DNA of 64,000 nucleotides, taken from the IMG/VR virus record IMGVR_UViG_3300001688_000618, positions 659 through 64,658 of that record. One strand, 5' to 3'. How positions within the stretch are numbered: the stretch's first letter is position 1; every line of letters begins with the position of its first letter. The notes under the pieces are model-generated. The model worked only from the letters and a program-made list of their open reading frames with translations. It searched no databases and was not told the DNA's origin. Positions 10,105 to 19,453 of the stretch are shown in pieces. Position numbers and translations under genes: made by a program. This DNA is from a virus.

Positions 10105-10590
10105 TTAAAATCCACTATTTTTATTCATTCTTATTAACTTTTCTTTATTTTTTTGAATTTCTGATTTAACTTTTTTGGTAAATTTATTATGACTTTTAGA
10201 CATCAAATAATAACGCAACTCATCAAGAGCATGGTCGTTTTTCTTTAAAGGGACTTCGCCATTGCCCCAACTATAACTTTTAATTTCTTTAATTAAATTA
10301 ACACAATTTTTAAAAATATAAAGTCGGACCGTTCCTTCAGCATCTTTCAAATACCATTTAACTTTGTTAATGCCAGCAAATAAATCTTTGTTTACATTTG
10401 TGTTTACCAAAATGCTGTTATCATAAAACAATTCACTAACCGACTTTTCACCCGCAAGCGTTCTTTGATTAGATGCACTATCTATAAGTGAACAAATCAT
10501 ACCATTACTGCCCACAAACCAATTCAAGCTTTTGCATATTCCTTTTATTTTTTCTGCATGATATTCCACTGTTTGTTTTGCTTCATAATG
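10105..10590 (-). pseudogene. C-terminal 161 aa (nuclease region) of the resident terminase large subunit, cut off by prophage insertion
   Basis: IDSAS, GINKVKWYL, IFKNCVNLIKEIKSYSW, KKNDHALDELRYY are terminase RNaseH-like motifs; in frame with 61944-62885 after excision. Confidence 0.9.
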
Positions 10591-10610
10591 TATCAACGCA
10601 AAGCGAAGTC
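10575..10610. other. Prophage attachment junction (core TG at 10589-10590)
   Basis: TTTGCttcataa-TG-tatcaacGCAAA is symmetric about TG; terL homology starts exactly here. Confidence 0.85.
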
Positions 10611-10649
10611 TAATAAAATAACATAAAAAATACAACGCAAAGCGAAGTC
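10594..10649 (+). repeat. 17-bp perfect direct repeat CAACGCAAAGCGAAGTC x2
   Basis: Copies at 10594-10610 and 10633-10649; the first copy is the attP arm. Confidence 0.9.
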
Positions 10650-10661
10650 AGTTATTTGAGT

Positions 10662-10693
10662 AAAAAAAAGGAACTTGCCTTTGCAAATTCCTT
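10662..10693 (-). terminator. Terminator after the YolD-like gene
   Basis: AAGGAATTTGC-aaag-GCAAGTTCCTTTTTTTT on the minus strand. Confidence 0.7.
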
Positions 10694-11026
10694 CTAACCT
10701 ATAATATCTAAATCTACTAAGTCATCTAATGGTATCTTTATTGTTCCCATTATAACTTCCTGATTTATCAAATCTACTTTAACTGTTCCTTCATATTGCT
10801 TATAGTATCCATCAAAATAATATTCTATTTTTACGATTGTTTTCTTTTCAAGTTTCTTAATATTATCGGATATTTTATTAACAATCTCCTCGTCTATATC
10901 TGCCTTTGCAATACGCTCGTGTTTATATTCCTTTAATCTCAATGCCTCCTGAAGACCCTTAAGAGCATCAAAAGGAGCGAATTGCTTCGCTCTATCACTT
11001 CTGCTCATTTTTACTCTTTCCGCCAC
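10694..11026 (-). CDS. YolD-like protein
   Basis: MSRSDRAKQFAPFDALKGL motif; overlaps the end of the Y-family polymerase gene. Confidence 0.8.
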   Translation of the reverse strand: MAERVKMSRSDRAKQFAPFDALKGLQEALRLKEYKHERIAKADIDEEIVNKISDNIKKLEKKTIVKIEYYFDGYYKQYEGTVKVDLINQEVIMGTIKIPLDDLVDLDIIG

Positions 11027-12317
11027 TTCTATGTCCTCCTATCATTTCATTTCGTTCACGCTGTGTTGACTTTTCGTGCAAGTCAAAACCACGTAATAAA
11101 GCATTCTTTCCAAACTTGTCCTGTATATCAAGGATCGTTTTTACCATTTTCTTTTCACGGTTTATTTGCTCATAATCATAAAAGAAATTATATTGCTCTG
11201 CTTGGCTTTCAGGTTTTAAATCCTCAAATGCATATGCCAACTGTCTAATATCTCGTGTTTTATCAACCAACTCATCAAATGTTTTTTCTGCATATTTACC
11301 TATAATAGAATAAACATTCATTACAACTTCCATCTTACAGGACTTATGCACTCCTGCTCTTCCCATATACCCTAGTTTATCGCCATCTTGAGCCTTTTGA
11401 TATCCCACAAAAATAACCATTTTATTTGTAACCACACCTTCCCTGGCTAAACGATAACAACCGTCTTGTATCATCTCAGATAGAACAATTTTCGCATCCT
11501 CATATTTATAAGGTTGTGGCAGAATTTGTGAGTTAGAGAATGATCTACCGCCTTTTCTCTTATATGCTTTTATATCCTCCATCAAACAAGTTTCTCTGCC
11601 CCACGCATGATCTATGAGCAACTCAGCATTAATACCAAATTCCTTGTATAGTTTATCTTCGTTATAGTTAGCAATACCTGCCATGTCAGTTATTCCCATA
11701 CTTAACAAGCGATTTTGAGTCCCTGTTGATATGCCCCAAAAATCTGTAATCGGTGTATGATGCCACAGTGTTTTTATAAACTTATCTTCAGTAAGCCAAC
11801 CAATACGGTCAGTAGCGTGCTTTGCTGTTATATCTAATGCTATTTTAGCCAAATAAAGATTTGTACCAATTCCGCAGGTTGCTGGTATTTTCAATTTGTC
11901 ATATATTTCATCCATTAATTTTTTAGCAAACTCTTTTGCTTTTAGATGATAAATATCAAGGTAATCCGTTGCATCAATAAAGCACTCATCTATCGAATAA
12001 ACATGAATGTCATTCTTGTCTATATACTGCAAATAAATCTCATATATATCACTTGCAAAATCAATATATTTCTGCATTTGCGGTGGTGCTATTATATACT
12101 CCATGTTTTTTGGAATTTCAAACAACCTACAACGATTCTTTATTCCCTTTGCTTTCATTGATGGAGAAACTGCAAGGCATATCGTTGATTCACTTCGTTC
12201 CTTATCTGCTACAACTAAATCTGTTGTCATTGGATCCAGTCCACGAATAGAACATTCTACGGAAGCAAAAAATGACTTCATGTCAATAACAAAATAACAA
12301 CGCAATTTATCAGCCAT
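10995..12317 (-). CDS. Y-family (UmuC/DinB/UvrX-like) DNA polymerase
   Basis: IDMKSFFASVEC, YSIDECFID, GIGTNLYLAKIALD, C-terminal RERNEMIGGH. Confidence 0.92.
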   Translation of the reverse strand: MADKLRCYFVIDMKSFFASVECSIRGLDPMTTDLVVADKERSESTICLAVSPSMKAKGIKNRCRLFEIPKNMEYIIAPPQMQKYIDFASDIYEIYLQYIDKNDIHVYSIDECFIDATDYLDIYHLKAKEFAKKLMDEIYDKLKIPATCGIGTNLYLAKIALDITAKHATDRIGWLTEDKFIKTLWHHTPITDFWGISTGTQNRLLSMGITDMAGIANYNEDKLYKEFGINAELLIDHAWGRETCLMEDIKAYKRKGGRSFSNSQILPQPYKYEDAKIVLSEMIQDGCYRLAREGVVTNKMVIFVGYQKAQDGDKLGYMGRAGVHKSCKMEVVMNVYSIIGKYAEKTFDELVDKTRDIRQLAYAFEDLKPESQAEQYNFFYDYEQINREKKMVKTILDIQDKFGKNALLRGFDLHEKSTQRERNEMIGGHRSGGKSKNEQK

Positions 12318-12390
12318 ATTTACCTCCTTAATGTAATTATAGCCAAATTATATCATATATTTTAATTTTTTGCTCGTTTTTTGATTAAAA

Positions 12391-12428
12391 TAAAAAAATC
12401 ACCTACCTTTTGGTAAGTGATTATTTTT
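12391..12428. terminator. Probable bidirectional terminator
   Basis: AATCACcTACC-tttt-GGTAaGTGATT flanked by A and T runs. Confidence 0.6.
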
Positions 12429-13093
12429 TACTTATTCAATAATTTATCATTAGCCTTTAATGTTATTCTATTTGTTAATGTTATTGTCGCCTCAAGCTTT
12501 GTTTCATCCTCTAATGTTGTTGTTAGTTTTATCGGTGTGAAATAAATCAATGTACTGTGTTCATCGCACTTTTCACCATTAACTCTTAATGTGTGATGGA
12601 ACCATCCTGCATACACGGACAACTTTTTACCGTTATAATCATATTCTTTATAAGACAAAAACAATGATGCAATAAGGAATATAATCGCAAATGGCAAGAA
12701 TGCAAATATCCATCCTGCCTCGTATGTTGGCTCAAATTCAAATGAAACTATCTCGTATGAATCGACATCACCGTCAATATATATAAGAAAACTCTCTGCT
12801 GTTTTAGTTCCATATGCTGTGAAATAACCTCTATCTGTTTCTAGTAAATGATCGCTTGAATCGTAGTATTTTATAGTTGCATAGCCTGAATTTACTGGTC
12901 TATTAAATGTTAAAGTCATATCAATTGAACTCTCATCCAAACTAGAAAGATATTCGCTTGATGCAGTATCATCCACCAATTCTAATTCAGGTTTACTTGC
13001 ATTAATTAATATAGGCAGGAATATGATAAACGCAACAATTACAATCCATATAATTCTATGTGTCCATAGTTTTGTTTTTTCGTTCATACTCAC
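12428..13093 (-). CDS. Hypothetical membrane protein (two TM segments), prophage cargo
   Basis: Hydrophobic stretches near residues 13-33 and 127-146; GGAGG RBS. Confidence 0.65.
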   Translation of the reverse strand: MSMNEKTKLWTHRIIWIVIVAFIIFLPILINASKPELELVDDTASSEYLSSLDESSIDMTLTFNRPVNSGYATIKYYDSSDHLLETDRGYFTAYGTKTAESFLIYIDGDVDSYEIVSFEFEPTYEAGWIFAFLPFAIIFLIASLFLSYKEYDYNGKKLSVYAGWFHHTLRVNGEKCDEHSTLIYFTPIKLTTTLEDETKLEATITLTNRITLKANDKLLNK

Positions 13094-13096
13094 CTC

Positions 13097-14083
13097 CTAT
13101 ACACCATAAAAGTTTGCTGGATCACTTAACCAATAAAATGCCTCATCAAAGTAGTCATCATGATTCCACCAAGCCTCATCAGTTTTCTCTTTTACAAAAG
13201 TAACACAATAATCATTGAAAAACTTTCTTAATTTCTTAATCAAGTCATCAATGTAACCTTTCTTAATTATTATCCAGTCACCAGCAAACATTCCATTTTC
13301 GTACGGTCTGTTTGCGGTTCCTTTTTCAATTGATGCTACATTTTCAGGATAATATCGTTTCAAATCTTCATATGATGAAATAGTATTATGTTTCAAAAAG
13401 TTATTTATTTTATGTAGCATGTTATAAGCATTGTATTTTTCTAACTGATCAATTTTTTTGCCATTTCTATCACCTGCTAAACCATCCGTGAATTTTGTAA
13501 GCGCATCAAATTTGTAATCCTTTCCTTTATAACCAAGTTTACACATTACAATTAACATAATTCTGTCTGTTTCAGTAGCAAGTTTACTGATAAACTGACA
13601 ATAAAGTGATTGAATTATTTGTTGATATTTTGGTTCTCTTCTAAATGACGCAAATCGAGATTCAATTTCAATTTCATCAATATCATCAGGATCTGATGTA
13701 AACGCCAAAGCACCAAGTCGATTCTTTTCATAAACATCGCTTGGTTTTTCAATCATATCAAAAATTGGTTTATACTCGTTATTCCAGTCATTTGCAAAGT
13801 TATCTAGTAATCCATTAAAAATGTTAATCATGTAGTCATACTTTTCTTTTTTTGCTGGAATAAAAAACTTCTCTTTAGTTTTCTTTAATGGCTCTGGTAT
13901 AAAATCAGTTATACCAATATCTTCACAAGCAAATTTATACCTTTCGACATCAAGTAATAATCTGCCATCCCTTTCATGCATTCCCCAATATTCTCGCTCT
14001 CGAAGACATGGAGATTCCCATGTTGGTTTTGATTCGTATTTTGAGTAGTCGAATCCATCTACATCTTTGATTTTTGTATTCAT
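13097..14083 (-). CDS. Hypothetical protein, prophage cargo
   Basis: 328 aa, AAGGAG RBS. Confidence 0.65.
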   Translation of the reverse strand: MNTKIKDVDGFDYSKYESKPTWESPCLREREYWGMHERDGRLLLDVERYKFACEDIGITDFIPEPLKKTKEKFFIPAKKEKYDYMINIFNGLLDNFANDWNNEYKPIFDMIEKPSDVYEKNRLGALAFTSDPDDIDEIEIESRFASFRREPKYQQIIQSLYCQFISKLATETDRIMLIVMCKLGYKGKDYKFDALTKFTDGLAGDRNGKKIDQLEKYNAYNMLHKINNFLKHNTISSYEDLKRYYPENVASIEKGTANRPYENGMFAGDWIIIKKGYIDDLIKKLRKFFNDYCVTFVKEKTDEAWWNHDDYFDEAFYWLSDPANFYGV

Positions 14084-14196
14084 ATTATTTTACTCCTTTA
14101 TATAAAAATCCTTTTTTATACGAGTAAAACAGTGCATCGGATAAAACGATACTTTATTATTTTAGCATAAAAAAATAAAAAAAACAACAATATAGA

Positions 14197-14232
14197 CAAA
14201 AAAAAGACCACCTATCATTTAGATAAGTGGTC
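14197..14232 (-). terminator. Terminator after the recombinase pair
   Basis: GACCACtTATC-taaat-GATAgGTGGTC followed by T-run on the minus strand. Confidence 0.7.
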
Positions 14233-14236
14233 ATTC

Positions 14237-15856
14237 TTATAATTCTATTGGCTCTGTTATTCTCACCATATCGTTGAAAATGAATATTGCCTCATTGTCT
14301 CTGATGTTTACTCTTTCCACAAGTTTTCTAAAAACATTGTCGTCAAACTCTTCAAATATTTGTTTCTTTGAAAGGAATTTCTCGAGGTCAATTACCTTCA
14401 TATTTGTAAACCCAAATTTTTCTTGTTCCTGTAATCGTTGTTCCTTTTCAGCTTTTATTTCCGCCATTTTAGCCATAACTTTCTGTGATTCCGCCATCAC
14501 TTGTCCTGTTCTGTCACTAACGGATTCTTCTACCAATTTCCAAACCTGTCTTTGTAAATTATTTAATTCTGCATCAAGTTTTGCAATGCTATCCTCACTG
14601 ACACGCTGATCAATGACACTTTGAATGTTTTGTTTTACTGTGGCCAACAATTCATCTTGATTATCAATTAATTTGCTTAATGCCCTAACAAAAGCACCCT
14701 TCAAACTATCTTCCTTGACTTGTTTTTGATGACATTCATCACCATGCAATTTATGGTTAATGCAAACCCAAGTATGAACTATGCCTTCCTTTGTACCATA
14801 ATAATGCCTTCTTAATTTGCTACCGCATTCCATACAATAAAGTTTATTTGAAAATGGATAAAGTGATGTATAAACACTTCTACCTGTATTGCTGTAACCT
14901 CTTAATGAATTGCGATACTCCGTTTCTTTTGCCAATCTTTCAAACATTGCTCTGCTTATAATGGCAGGATGATGATTTTCTATTAAATACTTTTTTTGTG
15001 TCGTATTTGCAACTCTTCGTCTTGATTTAATATCAGTTCCAATAGTCTTTTGATATAACAAATCGCCAACATATAACTCATTTGACATCATACGAAGAAT
15101 TGTTGATTCATACCATTTATCACGCCCTGTGGGGCTTTTTATGCCCTTTTCTGCCAATAGTTTTGATATTTGATTAGTTGTATATCCATTTAAATAAGAA
15201 TCGCATATAAAACGAATTACGCTTGCCTCTTGCTCGTTTATAACATACTGTGCATTAACTGTTTTATCGTTTGCCTTTATAATATCGTATCCATATGCAT
15301 GATGCAATGTATAATAGCCTTGCTCTATTCTTTGCCTCTTGCCCCATGCAACAGAGTGACTTAAATTCTCTGAATATTCTTGTGCTGATGCCGATTCTAA
15401 TGTTATACGAAGTCGTGTCGCCCTTTCATCATCAAGACTATTTATCTTTTCCATTTCAAACATTACTGGAATATTCTTTTCTTTTAATTTTTCCAATATA
15501 CTCAAACAATCAACCGTATTTCTTGCAAACCTTGACACAGACTTACAAAGTATCATGTCTATTTTACCATCCATTGCATCATCAATCATACGCAAGAATT
15601 CTTTACGCTTTCGCATACTTGTTCCTGTGATACCTTCATCTGCGTATATCCCAGCAAAAATCCAACCATCGTGTTCGCTTATCATCTTTGTATAATAAGC
15701 CACCTGTGATTTATAACTTGTTTCTTGCTCTTCGCTATCCGTTGAAACACGACAATATGCACAAACTCTTTTAATTGCTGAAGACCTGATGATATTATAA
15801 TCATTCTTTTCTGCCGTTACTGTTGGTGCTATGACCTTAACATTTGGTGCTATCAT
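14237..15856 (-). CDS. Large serine recombinase (resolvase + recombinase + Zn-ribbon + coiled coil)
   Basis: VCAYCRVSTDSEEQ, YADEGITGT, KSVSRFARN, YCMECGS..., WVCINH. Confidence 0.95.
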   Translation of the reverse strand: MIAPNVKVIAPTVTAEKNDYNIIRSSAIKRVCAYCRVSTDSEEQETSYKSQVAYYTKMISEHDGWIFAGIYADEGITGTSMRKRKEFLRMIDDAMDGKIDMILCKSVSRFARNTVDCLSILEKLKEKNIPVMFEMEKINSLDDERATRLRITLESASAQEYSENLSHSVAWGKRQRIEQGYYTLHHAYGYDIIKANDKTVNAQYVINEQEASVIRFICDSYLNGYTTNQISKLLAEKGIKSPTGRDKWYESTILRMMSNELYVGDLLYQKTIGTDIKSRRRVANTTQKKYLIENHHPAIISRAMFERLAKETEYRNSLRGYSNTGRSVYTSLYPFSNKLYCMECGSKLRRHYYGTKEGIVHTWVCINHKLHGDECHQKQVKEDSLKGAFVRALSKLIDNQDELLATVKQNIQSVIDQRVSEDSIAKLDAELNNLQRQVWKLVEESVSDRTGQVMAESQKVMAKMAEIKAEKEQRLQEQEKFGFTNMKVIDLEKFLSKKQIFEEFDDNVFRKLVERVNIRDNEAIFIFNDMVRITEPIEL

Positions 15857-17396
15857 TTACAATTACCTCCTCAATTTCGTCCTTTCCTGCAAACACAGGA
15901 AATACCCTAACAGTCATACTTAAACCGCATTTGAATATATACTCAAATTTCGATCTATTATGGATTATAATTTTCTCTACCATTTGCACAAATGGCTCTG
16001 TTTCAAAGTTGCTTAACTTCTTGTACCTTTCAAATATGTTTTTTGCCAAAAGTAATGCTGTGTTTGATTTCCTTATTTCCAGGTCATGTTCGCAAACTTC
16101 TCTTTGTTTGTTTTGCAATTCCACTATCTTCTTGACAAGTTTCTTGTATTCCTCGCCAAGTCTATAAGTTAGGCAGTCGTTTGCCTTTAATTGCATGAAC
16201 ATTTTTTCTTTTTGCAATAATCCGTCAAGTTCTGTTTTTATTGCATCAATTTCTGCGTTTTTGCAATATTTATCAATGTCAACGGTGTTCTGTATTTCAT
16301 AAAACTTGTTATAGCAAGCAACAAAACCATCTCGCAACGCACCGACCTTTATACTTTGATTATTTCTGCACGCTTTTGCACCATATTTCTCACATTTTCC
16401 ACATCTGAATGCAATTCTCGTATATTCATCGGTCAAATGCTTTCTCGGACTGCGATGCATAAAACTTCCACACTCTCCGCAGAAACAAATTTGTCTGAAT
16501 GGATCGTATTCGTGCTCTTGAAGTTCTTTTCTTGTCACATGGCGTTTGCTTGCGATTTTATCCTGTACCTTCTGCCAAAGTTCATCACTTACTATTGGTT
16601 CATGTGCCTTTTCAACAAAGTACATTGTTTTCTCTCCATAGTTTATTTTTCTCATTCCACGATCATCATTGTAACTTTTATCTAACAAAATATCGCCTTT
16701 ATACTTCTCATTGTGAAGAACATTCATCAATGCTGATACTGACCAAGGATTCCCTCTTACTGTTTTCAAACCCTGCCTGTTTAACTCTTTGCAAATATCT
16801 GATGCTCTCATCCCATTTGCATATGATTCGTACATCCATTTCACATGCTTTGCCTCTTCTGGTTTTACATAAAGTTTCATCCCATCTTTGAAACGATAAT
16901 CATATCCGTAAAGGTTATTGCCATTAAGATAAAATTTGCCTTGTTCCATTGCCTTTTGTGACCAACTTTTACTATATTGAATGTCTTTTTCCAATTCATC
17001 CTGTGATAAATAACTGTGTAAAACCAAGTTCATTGTCGCATCGGTCATTGTGTTTATGCCTTCCATTTCAAAAATGACTGGAATGCCTAATTCTCGCAAT
17101 ATTTCAATGGTTTGCATAGTTTGAAGAACATTCCTTCCAAACCTTGCTACTGACTTGCAATAAATTACATCAATTTTTCCTGCCTTACAGTCTGCAAGCA
17201 TTCTTTGAAATTCTTTCCTTCTCGTGTAATGCATACCGCTGACACCCTGATCAACATAAATGCCTGCATTGATTAAATTAGGATCGTTTTCAATTTTGTC
17301 ATAAAAATATTGAACTTGTGTGTTGATACTTGTTTCCTGTTTTTCCTGCCAAGTGCTTACACGACAATAAGCACACGCTCTTTGTAATTTTTCCAT
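15837..17396 (-). CDS. Large serine recombinase (second, tandem)
   Basis: ACAYCRVST, DQGVSG, KSVARFGRN, NEKYKGD, CGECGS. Confidence 0.95.
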   Translation of the reverse strand: MEKLQRACAYCRVSTWQEKQETSINTQVQYFYDKIENDPNLINAGIYVDQGVSGMHYTRRKEFQRMLADCKAGKIDVIYCKSVARFGRNVLQTMQTIEILRELGIPVIFEMEGINTMTDATMNLVLHSYLSQDELEKDIQYSKSWSQKAMEQGKFYLNGNNLYGYDYRFKDGMKLYVKPEEAKHVKWMYESYANGMRASDICKELNRQGLKTVRGNPWSVSALMNVLHNEKYKGDILLDKSYNDDRGMRKINYGEKTMYFVEKAHEPIVSDELWQKVQDKIASKRHVTRKELQEHEYDPFRQICFCGECGSFMHRSPRKHLTDEYTRIAFRCGKCEKYGAKACRNNQSIKVGALRDGFVACYNKFYEIQNTVDIDKYCKNAEIDAIKTELDGLLQKEKMFMQLKANDCLTYRLGEEYKKLVKKIVELQNKQREVCEHDLEIRKSNTALLLAKNIFERYKKLSNFETEPFVQMVEKIIIHNRSKFEYIFKCGLSMTVRVFPVFAGKDEIEEVIVNDSTKC

Positions 17397-17422
17397 TTGA
17401 TATCCTCCTCTAAAATGGTAGT

Positions 17423-17467
17423 CACATTAAGCAGTATTTCCGTCAAAATTGCAAGTCATTTCGCAAA
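17423..17467 (-). promoter_or_regulatory. Conserved upstream motif, copy 1 (promoter-like), before the recombinase pair
   Basis: Plus strand CACATTAAGCAGTATTT-N6-AAATTGCAAG..TTTCGCAAA; the same blocks and spacing recur at 37870-37915. Confidence 0.7.
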
Positions 17468-17534
17468 GAATTGTCTGTTATTTTTGAGTATTTTTCTTGC
17501 TTTGCAAATTAGCGACTACATACACAAAATAGTA

Positions 17535-17566
17535 AAAATAAAAAGACCGCTTTTTACACGGTCTTT
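17535..17566 (-). terminator. Terminator at the end of the late operon
   Basis: AAAGACCG-tgtaaaaag-CGGTCTTTTATTTT on the minus strand. Confidence 0.6.
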
Positions 17567-17570
17567 CTAT

Positions 17571-17699
17571 CTAAACTATGCTAAAAGATGCTTTATTTTT
17601 TGCATCTATCAATTCAAATTCCCTGTATGATATAATGCCTTTATCTAGTAAACTGCGAATTATACCATATGCCAATTTATATTTTATTTGATTTATCAT
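17571..17699 (-). CDS. Unannotated 42-aa SHOCT-like small protein (candidate recombination accessory factor)
   Basis: GGAGG RBS; MINQIKYKLAYGIIRSLLDKGIISYREFELIDAKNKASFSIV; LLDKGIIS..EF is SHOCT-like; sits just upstream of the recombinases. Confidence 0.7.
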   Translation of the reverse strand: MINQIKYKLAYGIIRSLLDKGIISYREFELIDAKNKASFSIV

Positions 17700-18012
17700 C
17701 GGCTTTATCCTCCGATTTTGTTTCTTTTACATGAATGCCATATTTAGCAAATTGCTTGAATATCTGATCAAATCCTGTTGCTGACAAACCACTTGCACAT
17801 CCAACCAAAATTGCGGTTAAAACATTTGTTGCAACAATCAAATCAGGATAAACAAAATATAAAAACAAACCTAGACAAATACCAATTATTCCACCAATCA
17901 AAGGAATAAATCTGAGTAGTTTTTCATTATCTTTTGCTATATATGTTTTATAAACTGACATTAATGCATAAACAATTGCCACAATAACTGGCACACAAAC
18001 TATTTCTACCAT
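17677..18012 (-). CDS. Holin
   Basis: Three hydrophobic helices, GCASGLSATGFDQIFKQ motif, charged C-terminus. Confidence 0.8.
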   Translation of the reverse strand: MVEIVCVPVIVAIVYALMSVYKTYIAKDNEKLLRFIPLIGGIIGICLGLFLYFVYPDLIVATNVLTAILVGCASGLSATGFDQIFKQFAKYGIHVKETKSEDKADDKSNKI

Positions 18013-18013
18013 A

Positions 18014-18313
18014 TTAATCTCCTTCTACTGAATTCTCAATTATAAAATCAGTCATTTCTTTGCTGACTGAATCGTATTCTTTAAGAGCCCTTTTCAGTTC
18101 TCCATTTGTCTTCCCATCCCTTAGCGCAATTGAATTGGCTTGAGCCAAATCCGCAACTGCATTAAGACTTTTAATAATAAGAACATCCTTTCTGTGTCTT
18201 TTATGTTCTCTCTCCTCATCTTCCTTTTGCTTTTTCTTAAAATATGATTGCAAAAAGAAAAGCACCATCCCTGAGATGATGCTTGCACATATACTTACTA
18301 TTATTGCTATCAT
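18014..18313 (-). CDS. Small single-TM protein (holin/antiholin-like)
   Basis: N-terminal TM, then ALRDGKTNGELKRAL; adjacent to holin. Confidence 0.55.
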   Translation of the reverse strand: MIAIIVSICASIISGMVLFFLQSYFKKKQKEDEEREHKRHRKDVLIIKSLNAVADLAQANSIALRDGKTNGELKRALKEYDSVSKEMTDFIIENSVEGD

Positions 18314-18325
18314 AAAACTCCCTTC

Positions 18326-19453
18326 TTAATAAAAAACGATAAATCCAGCGTAACCGCCGTCACCTCCGTTGGCTCCACCTGCAGGCGATCCTGATCCACC
18401 GCCACCACCTCCATTTGAGCCAGCACTTCCATTTGATCCACTTCCTGTATCACCAGCATTTCCACCATTACCGTATGATCCACCGCCACCACTACCTTGT
18501 GATTGCGTATATGATGTTTGAGGACCACTACCACCTGATCCTGTTAAAACAAGTGATCCCTGATGACCTTCTGGATTACCCATTACAGGTGCATAAGTAT
18601 TTGTAAATGTACAGGAATTTCCTGCTACACCATTATTCTTTTTACCTCCACCTGTTGAATATTTCCTTCTAATTGTTGGTAGTAATTGATATGATTGAAC
18701 TGATATAATTCCACCACCGCCATAACTATCTTGAGACCATCTTGGATGATTTGATACACCACTATATCCACCAAAACAGGCAATTTGTTCAGTGCCACTT
18801 GATTTATACATATGAAATCCAGGTGCTTGATAAGTTGTGTCATTACTGTTTGCAGTCCTACCATTTTTTGAACTGTCGGAGTCAACTACAATCTTGAAAT
18901 AATCATTATTTAAAATACAACAAGTAACGAAGACCTTACCGCCTCCGCCACCGCCTACTCCTCCCCAGTTACCTGCAAGAAACCAGTAAGCACCACCTCC
19001 GCCTTTGCCACCTGCTCCCCAACAAGCCAGGTTTACAATACAATCTTTGTTTGGTGCTTTTGATTGAACAATAAGTGTTCCTGTGGCACTATTTGGTGAA
19101 TCTGATGCATAGAGCGTTCCGTTAACATTATTTAAATAAACAGTAAAACCTGTACCAGTTCTTGTATATTTTGCGTTAATATTTCTTGGCCGAGTGCCAT
19201 CATAAGAAACTGAATATGCAGTGCCTGATACCTTAATTTTACCTTTTGATGCGTCATAATTAGAGTCCGTACTCCATCCATTATCATTCATTAATGACCA
19301 TCCTGTTAAAACTCTATTCAAAACTACACCTTTTATTTTATCAGGAAATGCAGGATTTTGGTTGCCAATTGTTGACACTCCAATCTCAGTAGTACAATCA
19401 AACAAATTCCTTCCTTTAAATTTTAGTGTTCCCAATTCTGCCTCCTTTAACAA
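18326..19453 (-). CDS. Glycine-rich tail fibre/receptor-binding protein (probable TTG start at 19435)
   Basis: WGAGGKGGGG and GGGGSYGNGG glycine-rich repeats; located at the end of the tail module. Confidence 0.65.
   Translation of the reverse strand: MLKEAELGTLKFKGRNLFDCTTEIGVSTIGNQNPAFPDKIKGVVLNRVLTGWSLMNDNGWSTDSNYDASKGKIKVSGTAYSVSYDGTRPRNINAKYTRTGTGFTVYLNNVNGTLYASDSPNSATGTLIVQSKAPNKDCIVNLACWGAGGKGGGGAYWFLAGNWGGVGGGGGGKVFVTCCILNNDYFKIVVDSDSSKNGRTANSNDTTYQAPGFHMYKSSGTEQIACFGGYSGVSNHPRWSQDSYGGGGIISVQSYQLLPTIRRKYSTGGGKKNNGVAGNSCTFTNTYAPVMGNPEGHQGSLVLTGSGGSGPQTSYTQSQGSGGGGSYGNGGNAGDTGSGSNGSAGSNGGGGGGSGSPAGGANGGDGGYAGFIVFY

Noticed and set aside
10591..10635. ORF-track start MYFLCYFIRLRFALI for 10105..10635 as an independent gene
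   Set aside because: These 15 codons are prophage att-arm sequence with a TTG start and no RBS; terminase homology begins at HYEAKQ.
17540..17670. Apparent sRNA or convergent extended -10 promoters (TGATATAAT, TGGTATAAT) after the holin
   Set aside because: The region is better explained by a 42-aa ORF with a strong RBS; the -10-like hexamers fall within its codons.
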